A stretch of 35,218 nucleotides of DNA, from positions 1 through 35,218 of the forward strand of contig JBFMCO010000015.1 in assembly GCA_040754495.1 (NCBI GenBank). The letters are read 5' to 3'. This DNA comes from Candidatus Micrarchaeota archaeon. Its GTDB lineage: Archaea; Micrarchaeota; Micrarchaeia; Anstonellales; Bilamarchaeaceae. The notes beneath the pieces are model-generated. The model made no database searches, was not told the DNA's origin, and saw nothing but the letters and a program-made list of their open reading frames with translations. Positions within the stretch are counted from its first letter, which is position 1; every line of letters starts with the position of its first letter. Shown here one piece after another: positions 1 to 10,241 of the stretch. Both the position numbers and the translations under genes were made by a program.

Positions 1-725
1 GGCGGGACGCCGACGGCCTCGACGTAGTTTGTGAGGTTTCTTGCCGGCACCGAGGCATTCACCGCGCCGGCATCCACTGTGGCATTGAGGTATACGACTG
101 AAGAAGCGCCTGGAGCGAGGGGGCCGACATCGTCCCAGTCTATTGACTGGCCTATCACAGCGTCCGGTGAGGGGTAGGCGGAACTGAAGGTCAGGCCCGC
201 CGGAAGCTCGTCGGTCAGCTCTACCGGACTCAGCGACACGTTGCCCGTGTTCGTTATCGTGAGGTTGAACTGCACTGTTCCGCCAGGCGATGGCTGGGCG
301 GCCGTCTGGTCGAGCTCGAGGACTGAGACGCTGGCGTAGTAGATTGTGACGTTGGCCGAGCTTGAGGCGGAAATGTTGCCCGAGAACTGGTCAGTGCCGG
401 TGGCATTGACTACGTTGGTGAGGCTGCGGACAGGCACGGACGCATTCACCGCGCCTGGGTCTACGGTCGCGTTCATGTAAATGACCGATGAGCCGCCCGG
501 CGCAAGGGAGCTGATGTTGTTCCAGGTTATTGCCTGCCCGATTACGGAGTCCGGCACAGGGGCAGCCGACGAGAATGTCAGGCCCGCTGGGAGCGCATCC
601 ACGACAGACACGGGGTTGAGCGAAAGGTTGCCAGTGTTGGTTATCGTCATGTTGAACCGGACGATGCCGCCTGGCGAAGGCTGGGCTGCGGTCTGGTCGA
701 GCTTGAGGGCAGAGACGTTCGCAGT
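1..725. repeat. Tandem DUF11-like (conserved repeat) domains, 387-bp period
   Basis: LDQTAAQPSPGG-x-VxFNxTITNTGNxSL...DxLPAGLTFSSA occurs twice (693-704 vs 306-317). Confidence 0.85.
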
Positions 726-3700
726 GAGGTTGTTCTGCAGTATTCCGTAGATGCTGGCCGGATTCATATTGATGAGTGTGAGCGTGTTGGCGGATGGGTC
801 AAGCGCAGCGTTCATGTCGTTCCAGGTGCCGTTGTGCTTCCAAATGCCGAATCTGGATTCGTTGTATCCGCCTGACTCGCCATCAAGCCAGTGCCATGTA
901 ACGGCGTCTATCGACAACGTGCTCAAGTTGCCGGTGATGTTCAGGTATTTGCGCTCGAAGCCGATGAATCCTGGCGGCGCGCTTGACGATGCCCAGGTCA
1001 GGGCGTATTCGGAGGATACGGACACCGTGTCATTCATGGAGAGGTTGGTGTAGTTCTGCAAAACGCCGGCAGGGCTGTCGAATATCACGTTCGAGACGTT
1101 TACAACGAATGGCACGCCCCCGCTGCTCTCGGATATCGCAAGGTCGCGGCTGTTTCCGAAGTAGTGGCCGTTGAGTATCCTGGTTTTGTTCGCGCTGATG
1201 ATGTGCGTACCCATAAGGGAATTGCTGTACGCCATGCTGTCGGCGATTGTATTGTTTGTGCCTGAGTAGAGGTAGAAGCCAGTCGCCCCGTTGTTGTAGG
1301 CGTAGTTGTTGGACAGGAGGGTATTGTTGCTCGAGTAGAGGTAGAAGCCGTGCTGGGTGTTGTTGTAGGCCGAGTTGTTGGTCAGGGTGTTGTTGGCGCT
1401 GAAGAGGACGTAGATGCCATACAGTGTGTTGTTGTAGAAGGAGTTGCCGGAGAGGTCATTGCCGGCGCTGGAGGAGATGGTAAGACCGTACTGCGTGTTG
1501 TTGTAGGCCGTGTTGTTCGAGAGGGCGTTGTAGGCGGCATTTGAAGACAGTGAAAATCCGTTCAGGTTATTATAGGCGGAGTTATTTGAGAGAGAATTGC
1601 TGTTCGAGCTGGCGAAGAGGAGGAAGCCGATTACGGAGTTGTCGGAGGCGGAGTTGCCTGCAAGGGTGTTGTTGGGGCTGGAACTGAGGTAGAAGCCGTC
1701 CTGGCAGTTGCGGGCGGTGTTGTTCGCGAGTGAGTTGTTCGAGCTGGCTGAGATTATGTAACAGTACCGCGAATTGTTTGCGGCGGAGTTGTTGAAGAGA
1801 AGGTTGTTGGGGCTGGAGGTGAGATAGAAGCCGTCCTGGGAGTTGCGGGCGGTGTTGTTCGCGAATGAGTTGTTCGAGCTGGTGGCGACATGGAATCCAT
1901 AGGTGCCGGCAGCCCCGGATGCGGTATTATTGTAGACGCTGTTGTTGTCAGAGTTCGCATTCACCAGGAAGCCGTCCGTAGCGTAGCTGGAGGCGTTGTT
2001 GTTTCTTACAGTGTTGTAGGAGGAAAGCCAATCGAGGTCGAACCCAACGGAGCCGCCCAGCACCAGGTTGGAATCGAGTGTGTTGTTGCGGGAATTGACA
2101 TAAACGAGGAAACCGGTCGGGCTGGCTGACACGGAGTTATTGAAGACGGTGTTGTTGGAGCTTTCATAGAGGTAGACGCCATCCTGGGAGTTGTTTGTGG
2201 CGGAGCTGTTTGAAATGCTGTTATTGTGGCTTCTGAGAAGGTAGATTCCGTATTCCGTGTTATTGGACACCGAGAGGTTCGTCAGCACGTTGGTGCTGGA
2301 CTCGAAGAGCTCTATACCGCGGGTGTAGTTGGAAATCGCAGGGCAATTCCGTATGGTGACATTGGTGCGTGAGCCGTTGAGGAGGATGCCGTAAGTGGTC
2401 GCAGACCCATCGCCAGTGATAGAATATCCGTTGCAGTCGAAAAGGACATCCGAGGCTGCGATTTTAATGCAGACATTTCCGGTAAGGGGAGACGCGCTGA
2501 ACGGGGCGCCGCTGAAGCTTCCGTTCATCGTGTAGGAGCCTGGCGCGTTTATCACCATGCAATTCGTCGCGTTGGCCGTGTAGCCTGAGAAACTTGCGAC
2601 CGAGAAGGTAGTCAGGTTGGCGGAGCAGGTGTGCTGGATGCATTGCGGCCCGGAGCATTGGCTGCCTCCGGCCACTATCTGCGCCGAGTTAGCCGGGAAG
2701 CCGGCCATCCAGTATATCGCGGCCGGGCACTGCCTTGCATAGGTCGTGACGTTGGCCGGTATTGCAAGCTCGGGCAGCGCGGTGGAATTTATGGATGCGA
2801 TGTCATAGTTCAGGACCGTATTGCCGGCATTCACGCTCTTAGCCAGCGCTACGTTGCCCTGGGGGAAATTAACCCTGCCCTGGTTCCTGACGAAGGTGAC
2901 ATTCGTGTAATTGGCCCTCGAGCCGGGGTTGTATATGAAATTCCCCGAGTTAGTCTCAAGGACCATTCCGGAGAATGAGTTGTCGTTCTGGCCGCTCACG
3001 GTGATATATACCGGGTATGAAGTCGAATTGACTGATATGCCGCTGAAATTGTTCATGAAGACGCGGTCACCGTAGTACTGGTTCTCGATGGAGATGCCGT
3101 AAGTCGCGTTCGTTACCGTGCCGTTGATGAAGGAGTTATACCTGACACCGTCGTCCCCTCCGTTGCCGGCAACGCCGTTCCAGCGGTAGCATGCGGTGAC
3201 ATTGGCGCACGAGGTGTTGACGAACCGGTTGTACTGGAAGCCTCCATTCCAGCGGCTGATGTACATCGAAACGCCGTAGGCAGTGTTGGCTATGGAGTTG
3301 TCCGTGAAATTGTTGTACGAGAGCCAGTTCACGCTCCATGCTTCATAGAGGTTCATGGCGATCGCGGTGCCGCCGGCCGGCCCTGAGATCGTGTTGTTCC
3401 GGACTATTGTGTCGCGGTAGTAGCCGGCACCTCCGTTGGAGTGAAGCTGAATGGCCGCCCCGCTGTTGTTCCGGAATACGTTGTCGATGATGCGGTGCGC
3501 GTTCGGCCGGTCGGCGAATACGCCGTTCGAGGAAGTGTTCGCGATGACATTCCCGATGATGTTCGGCCCGTAAGACGATGCGAAGGTGCTCACGCCGATG
3601 TAGCCGCCCGAGACGGTGTTGTTGGTCACCGAGTTGTTCTGGTCGACATAGGTGTAGACGTTCCCTTCTGAGCCGCTGTCCCCGTTACCTGAGAGGAAGG

Positions 3701-6700
3701 AGTCCCGGACGGTGCTGTTTGCCGTGTTCCAGAAGAACACGCCGTACTCCCCGTCTCCTCTAACGCTGCTGTTCGATATTGTTATGTTAGTGCTGTCTAC
3801 GGTGCTGAAGAGGCCGAGGTTGGAAGCGTCTGCGGTGCTGTTTATGTCGAGGCCGGTGAGCTGGACGTTGCTCCAGTTGTAGTAATGGTAGAACGTATTG
3901 TCGTCGAGCGTATTCCTGTTGCCGAAGTCGTTCCGGTAGTTGTTGTCGTTGTCGTACCAGCCGAAATAGGCGGCATACGAGGTGATGTTATAGAACCGGT
4001 TGCCGGTGAAGTTGTTGTACATTATCCTGCCGTTCCAGTCCTGCGGGCTGAAATAGACGCCGTTCGTGGAGTTCCTGAGCGTGTTGTTGTTGAAGACGTT
4101 GTGCCAGAGGTAGCCACCGCCTCCGTAGAACATGACGCATGTGGTGGTGTTCGCGCAGCTGTTATAGTCGAACCGGTTATAGGCTATGCTGCTTGGCACC
4201 CACCTGTTGATGTTCATGGCGATGCCGTTCGTGGAATTTCCGAGGGAGTTGCCGGTGACGTTGTTGTAGTCTATGTGACCGCCGCCCCAGCCCTCCCACA
4301 CCTGCATGAAGATTGAATTGCCGCCGGATGGGCCGCTTATGGTGTTGTTGGCTATGGTGGTGTAGCCCCTTGAGCCCCCGCCGTCTACGTAGAGGAAGAT
4401 GCCGTTCGTGGTGGCGTTCCTGATGGTGTTGTTGAGATATTTGTCGTAGTAGGGCCAGTGGGCTAATATTCCGTAGGACGCAGTGCTGATTATGGAGTTG
4501 TCTGCGACGGTAATGCTGTCCGTGGTTCTCGGAGAGTACGTATAAACTCCGATGCGGCCTCCGGATAGTGCATTGCCCCGGACCTCGCTGGAATTGTCAT
4601 ACCCCGAGTAGACGTTGGCTTCGTTGCCCGAATCCCCGTTGCCGGTTATCGAGTTGTTGGTTATCCTCACGCCGTTGCTGTTCCAGAGGAAGACCCCATA
4701 TTCGCGGTCTCCGGTGACATTGCTGCCCTCAAGGGTGATATTGGTGCTGTCGACCGTTGTGAAGGAGCCGAGGTTGGTCGCGTCCGCGCTGCGGTTTATG
4801 TTCCGGCCAGAGAGGCTGACATTGCTCCATAGGTAGTAGTGGTAGAATGGATAGCCGTCCTGCGTGTTCGCGCCGGCGAAGTCGTTACGGTAGTTGTTGT
4901 CGTTGTCGTACCAGCCGAATATCGCCGAGTAGTTGCTGATATTATTGAACTGGTTGCCGCTGAAGCGGTTGTTCATTATCCTGCCGTTCCAGTCCTGTGG
5001 CCTGAACCAGACCCCGTTCGCCGAGTCCCGGAAAGTATTGTTGATGAATGAGTTGTTGGTGAGGTAGCCCGCGCCGCCCCAGAACGTTACGCACGTCCCG
5101 GTGCCGCTGCAGGTGTTGTTCTCGAAGCGGTTGAACGAGACGCTGCTCGGCATCCAGCGGTTGATATACATCGCGATGCCGTGCGCGAGGTTGCCGAAGT
5201 TGTTGTCGGTTATATTGCTGTAATCGAGATGCCCGCCACCCCAGCCTTCGATGACTGAGAAGTAAAGACCGGTCGCTCCGGATTGGCCGAGCATGGTGTT
5301 ATTCGAAATCACGGAGCGGCCGAAGTCCCCTCCGCCGTCCATGTACATGAGGATGCCATAAGCAGTGGAATTCAGTGCCGTGTTGTTCCTGATTGTGTCG
5401 GAATACGGCTTGTACAGGTAGATGCCGTTGGAGTAGTTCACAAGCGTGCATCCGGCAATCACGACTCCGTTCCTCTGCGAGGCGAAGATGCCGGTCCCGG
5501 CCCCGTTTCCTACGAGGATAGTGCCGTCGCATGTGAGGTTGATGCTGTTGTTGTTGGCGATGATTACGCCTGTAGAACCGGTGTCGTTGATGTAGAATGT
5601 GCCGGGGCAGAACGTAGTTGAGACGTTTACGGGATAGTCATTGGCTGGGACGGTGCAGGACGAGGTTATCAGCTTGGTGTCGGACCACCTCATCGGGGAA
5701 AGGTTGAGGGTGTCGTTCGACTGCGCCGAGACGTTCACGTAGCTCCCTGCGCTGAAGTTGCCGCTAAGGAGCGTCGAGTTCGCAATGGTGCCGCTCGGGA
5801 CAAGGGCGCTCGTCTCGTTGAATACGCTCGTCCCGTTCACGTACCAGTAGAATGTAACGCGGCCGGAATCGTTATCCGGGTCGGTGTAGTTTGCCGATGC
5901 CGTGAGGTTGTCGCGATCGTCAGGAGAGGGCGGGTCTATCACGGGCGCGGTTATATCCGGGGGCGTGTTGTTCTCGGCAGCGTAGCCCGAGAAGCTTGCC
6001 GTGGTGAATGCCACGTAGCTGCCATCGCATGATATGGCCGTGCAGTCCGGCTCAAGGCAGCGGGTTCCGTTGACGATTACGTCGAGCGAATTGGTCGGGA
6101 AGCCTGTTTTACGGAACACCCTGCCCGGGCAGTCGGTCATGTTCCGGATATAGAGGCCTATCCCCGCCTGCGAGCCGGTGAAAGCAGAGAGGGTGGCGTT
6201 GTTCAGGCTGACAATGTTCTGGCTTATGAGCGTGTTGGAAACGTTCACGGACTGGCTGAGCGAATATTCGGACGGGAAGGACAGGCTGGCCCCCTGGCGC
6301 GAGAATGTGACGTTTGTGAGATTGGTCGCGGCGCCGGGGTTGTAGATGAAGTTGCTCGCGTTGTCATTGATGAAAGTGGTGTTTGCGTAGGAATTGGTGG
6401 CCGGGGCGGAGTCGGTGTAGTAAAGCGGGTAGATGGTGGCGTTTATCGAGTTGTTCGTGATGTTGTTGTAGCGGAACTCCGCGGATGCCGCATAGACGTA
6501 TATGCCGTATGCCGTGCGGTTGATGACGTTGTTCTGCATCAGGTTGTAGCGGGTGTATTTGACGGCGTAGGTGTCGATATTGAAGCCCCGGCTCATGTTG
6601 GCGAAGCTGTTTCCCGTGAAGGTGTTGTTCTCGAAATAGAGCTGGGCCCAGTTGGGTGATGTTGCGTAGGTGCGGAAGCCGTAGCCCGTGATATTCTCTA

Positions 6701-9700
6701 TCACGTTCCCGGTCAGGTCATTGTACCTGAACGCCCCCGTGACTGAGGAGGGGTTGTAGACATAGATGCCGTCGGTGCCGCCGGACATGGTGTTGTTTTC
6801 GAAGACGTTGTAGTAGGAGTTGCCGTTGTCCACATTGAAGAGGATTCCAGTGGGGTTCGACCTCATCCGGTTGTTCAGGATATTGCTACTTGAAGACGGG
6901 GCATCGAAGTATATGCCGTAGGTCGTCATGTTCTCTATTACATTTGACGCGGCGGTTATGGATGTCTCGACAAGCGTCATGCCATTGGGGCATGCGGACA
7001 GCGTGTTGTTCGCATGCGTGTTGGCGGCGCCGCTGTAATCGTAGATGCATGCCTCGCCTGCGGCGTTTCCGTTCCCGAAGATGACGTTGTTCTCGACCGT
7101 TACGTTTGCATTCTCATAGGAATAGACGCCGTGGTTCAGGCCTCCGGTGATGTTGCTGCCCCTCAGGCTCGTATTGGTGCTGTAGACGATGCTGGCAAGG
7201 CCGAGGTTGATGGCCTTGTCCCAGCTGGAATTGAGGCTGAGGTTCCCTATCTGGCGGTTGTTCTGGTAGTATTGGTGGATGGGCAGGCCGTTGAGGTAGT
7301 TTACGCCGCCGAAGTCGTTGCGGTAGACGCACGCGGCCTGGTCTGTCGGCATGTAGACTGCGTAGGTTGAGATGTCGTTGAAGCTGTTGTTCACGAAGGT
7401 GTTCGGGAACATGTAGGATGCGTCGTAGCCGAAGTCGCCGCAGCTGCTCGTGTTGAAGACTATGCCGTAGGAAGCGTTGTTCACGGTGTTGTTGTAGAAG
7501 GAATTGTACCTGACGTATTTGATGGCGTACACGAAAAGGTTGAAGCCCCGGCTCATGTTGGCGAAGCTGTTTCCCGTGAAGGTGTTGTTCTCGAAATAGA
7601 GCTGGGCCCAGTTGGGTGATGTTGCGTAGGTGCGGAAGCCGTATTCGGTGAGGTTCTCCACGGTGTTGCCCGTGAAGTTGTTGTATCTGAAGGCACCGGT
7701 AACGCTGGACGGGTTGTAGATATAGATGCCGTTCGTCCCCCTTCCGATGGTGTTGTACTCGAAGACGTTGTAGTAGGAGTTGCCGCTGTCGACATTGAAG
7801 TAGACGCCGTGGACGTTCCCTGAGAGCCGGTTCATGCTCGCGTTGTTGTTGGATGAGGGGGCATCGAGGTAGATGCCAACAGAGGAGCTGTTTTCCACGC
7901 TGTTGTTCCATATCGTGAGGCCGGAAACGGTAACGAGGCGCATGCCGGTCGAGTAGTTCGCGAACGTGCAGCCCGACACAGTAACGCCGCCCCTGTTCGT
8001 GGCGTTGAAGCCGTATCCTGCACCGTTTCCTATTATCACGGTCCCGTCGCATGTGATGTTCGTAGCATTTACGCCAGCGATTATTACGCCGGGAAGGCCG
8101 CTGTCGTTAATGTAGTAGGTGCCCGGGCAGAATGTGGTGGAGTTGTTGACGAGATAATTGTCGGTTGGAGTGGTGCAGAGGCTCTGGTTGTCCTGAAGGA
8201 CTCCGTATGTGCTGGAAGGCACGAGGTTCGAAATTGAGAGGGAATTGGCCGATTCGTTGAGCGTCGCGTTCAGCTCCGACCATGAGCCGGCATATCTCCA
8301 GAGTTCCAGCCTGGATTCGGTAAAGCCGGCCAGCTCGCCGTCATTCCACGACCATGACACGGAATCCAGCGAGACGTTGCCGCTCTGGTTAGTTATATTC
8401 ACGAACTTCTCCCTGAATGCCACGCGGCCCGGAGGGAGGCCGTAGCCATTCGGCGTCCAGTTGAGCGTGTAAGCCTCCATCGTCAGGATGTCGCTGATTG
8501 TCAGGTTGGTGAATGACTGCATGTCCCCTGCGGGATTGTCGAAGACGAGGCTGTATGCGTCGAAATCTGTCGAGAAGCCGGACCAGTGGGCCGCCTCCAG
8601 GTCGTAGGAGTTGTTGTAATAGTGCTCGCCGCTGAGCGTTATGGGGACCGAGTCCATGATGCGCTCGCCCCTGTTTGCGTTCCTGCATACCGTGTTGTTA
8701 ATGAGCTCGTTGTAGTTGCTCGACGAGTAGAGGTCGATGCCGTAGCGACCGTTGTCGCAGGCGGTATTGTTGATGATGTCGTTGTAGTTGGCATAGCCCC
8801 CGATTGAAATGCCGTCGTTCAGATTGCCGCTCGCGTTGTTGCCGCTGAGCAGGTTGAACGGGGTGTTGTCGATGCAGACGCCCTTGCCGTTCAGGAACGC
8901 GTTATTGTTCGTCAGGTTGTTGTACTCGGAGACGCTGTAGAGGTAGAAGCCGCAGAACCCGGAGTTGTTGATTGCCGCGTTGCCGTCAAGAAGGCTGTTG
9001 TTGGTCCCGATGAGGTCGTATCCGTAGTCAGTGTTGTTGGCCGCGGAGTTGTTGATGAGCCTGCTCATGTTGCTATTGAAAAGAGCGAATCCGGCCCAGT
9101 AGCTTCCAGATGCCGTGTTGCCGCTCATGTTTATGCCGTTGGACTCCTGGATCAGGAAGCCGTAATCCGAGTTGTCCTGGGCGCCGTTGCCTGAGAACCG
9201 CGAGTCCCCGCTGAAGTTCATCTCGTAGCCGCTCAGGTTGTTCAGGTATGCGCTGTTCTCCGTCAGGTTCGAGTAATGGGTGTTGTAGAGGTAAAAGCCG
9301 TCGCCGGTGTTGTTGCATGCGGTGTTGTTGTTGAGGAGGTTGTAGTCGGAGTTCACGACCGAGAAGCCGCTCGATGTGGCGTTGCATGCCGTGTTCCCGT
9401 CGAGGATGTTGTACGAGCCCCCGCCGAACGTGTCGTCTATCTCGAATCCGGACGTTACGTTCTCCGCTGAGTTGGAGTATAGGGCGTTGTATGATGCGAG
9501 CTCTATCCTGAACCCCGCAGACACGTTCCGGGCGTAGTTGCCCGTGAGGGTGTTACTGTCGCCGCCAATCTTGAAGCCGAACGAGCCTGCGGAATCCGCG
9601 CGGTTTCCGCTGAGATTGTTGCTGGCGCCGCCAATGTCGAACCCGTTGCCGGCAAAGGTGGCGTTGTTGCCGGAAAGGAGGTTGCCATCGTTGGAGAGGT

Positions 9701-10241
9701 ACATTGCCGTGCTGGTGAGGTTGTCGAGCGAATTGTTCTGGTATGATGAGAAGCCGGCGGTGGCGAAGAAGCCGTATTCCCCGTCCCGGACGCTGTTTGC
9801 GATGAATGAGCAGCCGGATGGCGAGTTCAGGCCGCGCAGGCCGTAGTTGGACGTCGTGATGTTGTTGCCCCGGACCGTGCAGTTGGTCGCGCCGGTGACC
9901 GAGATGCCGGTACTTGCATACTGGCCGGTGCTGATAGTGCCGTTCAGCCTGCAGTTCCGGACCGTGATATTGTTGCCTTCCAGGCTTATGCCGGTCGGGC
10001 CGGTGGCGGATGTGCCCGGCGTAATCGAATACCCCTGGCAGTCGAAGGTGATGTCGGACGCGTTGATGAGGATGCAAGCGTTGTATGCGCCGCCATAATA
10101 GGCGTTGGGGGCGCCAGATACGTCCTGCGTGAGCAGGTAGCTCTCGCCCAGCGTGCCGAGGACTGCGCAGCCGGTTACGTTCGCAGAAAAAGAAATCCCC
10201 GAAAGCACCAATAGAGCCAGAACTGCTGTTATCCCCCGCAT
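1..10241 (-). CDS. Giant secreted surface protein (>3,400 aa, 3' end outside window): parallel beta-helix (NosD/CASH/PbH1-like) blocks, repeated beta-sandwich caps, one Ig-like domain and at least 2 DUF11-like repeats
   Basis: ATG at 10241 gives MRGITAVLALLVLSGISFSANVTGC (signal peptide). The same frame reads as sensible protein at spot checks near 8.4, 6.0, 4.3, 2.7 kb and at position 1. No ORF in this frame appears in the track, consistent with no stop before the edge. Contains G(I/F)xLxxSxNNxxxNN beta-helix coils, dense N-x-S/T sequons and paired Cys. Confidence 0.92.
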   Translation of the reverse strand, partial: MRGITAVLALLVLSGISFSANVTGCAVLGTLGESYLLTQDVSGAPNAYYGGAYNACILINASDITFDCQGYSITPGTSATGPTGISLEGNNITVRNCRLNGTISTGQYASTGISVTGATNCTVRGNNITTSNYGLRGLNSPSGCSFIANSVRDGEYGFFATAGFSSYQNNSLDNLTSTAMYLSNDGNLLSGNNATFAGNGFDIGGASNNLSGNRADSAGSFGFKIGGDSNTLTGNYARNVSAGFRIELASYNALYSNSAENVTSGFEIDDTFGGGSYNILDGNTACNATSSGFSVVNSDYNLLNNNTACNNTGDGFYLYNTHYSNLTENSAYLNNLSGYEMNFSGDSRFSGNGAQDNSDYGFLIQESNGINMSGNTASGSYWAGFALFNSNMSRLINNSAANNTDYGYDLIGTNNSLLDGNAAINNSGFCGFYLYSVSEYNNLTNNNAFLNGKGVCIDNTPFNLLSGNNASGNLNDGISIGGYANYNDIINNTACDNGRYGIDLYSSSNYNELINNTVCRNANRGERIMDSVPITLSGEHYYNNSYDLEAAHWSGFSTDFDAYSLVFDNPAGDMQSFTNLTISDILTMEAYTLNWTPNGYGLPPGRVAFREKFVNITNQSGNVSLDSVSWSWNDGELAGFTESRLELWRYAGSWSELNATLNESANSLSISNLVPSSTYGVLQDNQSLCTTPTDNYLVNNSTTFCPGTYYINDSGLPGVIIAGVNATNITCDGTVIIGNGAGYGFNATNRGGVTVSGCTFANYSTGMRLVTVSGLTIWNNSVENSSSVGIYLDAPSSNNNASMNRLSGNVHGVYFNVDSGNSYYNVFEYNTIGRGTNGIYIYNPSSVTGAFRYNNFTGNTVENLTEYGFRTYATSPNWAQLYFENNTFTGNSFANMSRGFNLFVYAIKYVRYNSFYNNTVNNASYGIVFNTSSCGDFGYDASYMFPNTFVNNSFNDISTYAVYMPTDQAACVYRNDFGGVNYLNGLPIHQYYQNNRQIGNLSLNSSWDKAINLGLASIVYSTNTSLRGSNITGGLNHGVYSYENANVTVENNVIFGNGNAAGEACIYDYSGAANTHANNTLSACPNGMTLVETSITAASNVIENMTTYGIYFDAPSSSSNILNNRMRSNPTGILFNVDNGNSYYNVFENNTMSGGTDGIYVYNPSSVTGAFRYNDLTGNVIENITGYGFRTYATSPNWAQLYFENNTFTGNSFANMSRGFNIDTYAVKYTRYNLMQNNVINRTAYGIYVYAASAEFRYNNITNNSINATIYPLYYTDSAPATNSYANTTFINDNASNFIYNPGAATNLTNVTFSRQGASLSFPSEYSLSQSVNVSNTLISQNIVSLNNATLSAFTGSQAGIGLYIRNMTDCPGRVFRKTGFPTNSLDVIVNGTRCLEPDCTAISCDGSYVAFTTASFSGYAAENNTPPDITAPVIDPPSPDDRDNLTASANYTDPDNDSGRVTFYWYVNGTSVFNETSALVPSGTIANSTLLSGNFSAGSYVNVSAQSNDTLNLSPMRWSDTKLITSSCTVPANDYPVNVSTTFCPGTFYINDTGSTGVIIANNNSINLTCDGTILVGNGAGTGIFASQRNGVVIAGCTLVNYSNGIYLYKPYSDTIRNNTALNSTAYGILMYMDGGGDFGRSVISNNTMLGQSGATGLYFSVIEGWGGGHLDYSNITDNNFGNLAHGIAMYINRWMPSSVSFNRFENNTCSGTGTCVTFWGGAGYLTNNSFINNTFRDSANGVWFRPQDWNGRIMNNRFSGNQFNNISNYSAIFGWYDNDNNYRNDFAGANTQDGYPFYHYYLWSNVSLSGRNINRSADATNLGSFTTVDSTNITLEGSNVTGDREYGVFLWNSNGVRITNNSITGNGDSGNEANVYSGYDNSSEVRGNALSGGRIGVYTYSPRTTDSITVADNSIISTASYGILAHWPYYDKYLNNTIRNATTNGIFLYVDGGGSRGYTTIANNTISGPSGGNSIFMQVWEGWGGGHIDYNNVTGNSLGNSTNGIAMNINRWVPSSIAYNRFDYNSCANTTTCVMFYGGGGYLWHNVFNNNTLRNSTNGVYFSPQDWNGRIMYNNFTGNRFYNITSYAAYFGWYDNDNNYRNDFGNRNTLDDNTFYHYYNWSNVQLTGLDINSTADASNLGLFSTVDSTNITISNSSVRGDGEYGVFFWNTANSTVRDSFLSGNGDSGSEGNVYTYVDQNNSVTNNTVSGGYIGVSTFASSYGPNIIGNVIANTSSNGVFADRPNAHRIIDNVFRNNSGAAIQLHSNGGAGYYRDTIVRNNTISGPAGGTAIAMNLYEAWSVNWLSYNNFTDNSIANTAYGVSMYISRWNGGFQYNRFVNTSCANVTACYRWNGVAGNGGDDGVRYNSFINGTVTNATYGISIENQYYGDRVFMNNFSGISVNSTSYPVYITVSGQNDNSFSGMVLETNSGNFIYNPGSRANYTNVTFVRNQGRVNFPQGNVALAKSVNAGNTVLNYDIASINSTALPELAIPANVTTYARQCPAAIYWMAGFPANSAQIVAGGSQCSGPQCIQHTCSANLTTFSVASFSGYTANATNCMVINAPGSYTMNGSFSGAPFSASPLTGNVCIKIAASDVLFDCNGYSITGDGSATTYGILLNGSRTNVTIRNCPAISNYTRGIELFESSTNVLTNLSVSNNTEYGIYLLRSHNNSISNSSATNNSQDGVYLYESSNNTVFNNSVSASPTGFLVYVNSRNNTLDSNLVLGGSVGFDLDWLSSYNTVRNNNASSYATDGFLVNANSDNNSVYNNTASGAAGTYGFHVATSSNNSFANNTARNSQDGFYLTSSPNNLLFNNSAANNSRYCYIISASSNNSLANNTARNCQDGFYLSSSPNNTLAGNSASDNSVIGFLLFASSNSNSLSNNSAYNNLNGFSLSSNAAYNALSNNTAYNNTQYGLTISSSAGNDLSGNSFYNNTLYGIYVLFSANNTLTNNSAYNNTQHGFYLYSSNNTLLSNNYAYNNGATGFYLYSGTNNTIADSMAYSNSLMGTHIISANKTRILNGHYFGNSRDLAISESSGGVPFVVNVSNVIFDSPAGVLQNYTNLSMNDTVSVSSEYALTWASSSAPPGFIGFERKYLNITGNLSTLSIDAVTWHWLDGESGGYNESRFGIWKHNGTWNDMNAALDPSANTLTLINMNPASIYGILQNNLTANVSALKLDQTAAQPSPGGIVRFNMTITNTGNLSLNPVSVVDALPAGLTFSSAAPVPDSVIGQAITWNNISSLAPGGSSVIYMNATVDPGAVNASVPVRSLTNVVNATGTDQFSGNISASSSANVTIYYASVSVLELDQTAAQPSPGGTVQFNLTITNTGNVSLSPVELTDELPAGLTFSSAYPSPDAVIGQSIDWDDVGPLAPGASSVVYLNATVDAGAVNASVPARNLTNYVEAVGVP
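3150..5300. repeat. Second internal repeat family in the giant gene (about 954-bp period; two clear copies plus a degenerate third)
   Basis: The GWYDNDNNYRNDF-coding segment occurs at 4878-4919 and 3924-3965 (offset 954). The motifs GIAMYINRW, GIAMNINRW and GVSMYISRW recur three times. Confidence 0.85.
6580..7643. repeat. Internal 960-bp-period duplication in the giant gene, with an identical 104-bp core (6580-6683 = 7540-7643)
   Basis: Lines 6601 and 7561 are identical. Identity runs 6580-6683 vs 7540-7643. Flanks are similar at protein level but diverged at synonymous sites. Confidence 0.95.

Noticed and set aside
1-10241. Diversity-generating retroelement target (AAC-rich gene with a near-identical repeat)
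   Set aside because: The two copies are identical rather than differing at adenines, both are in-frame coding, and no reverse transcriptase is present in the window.
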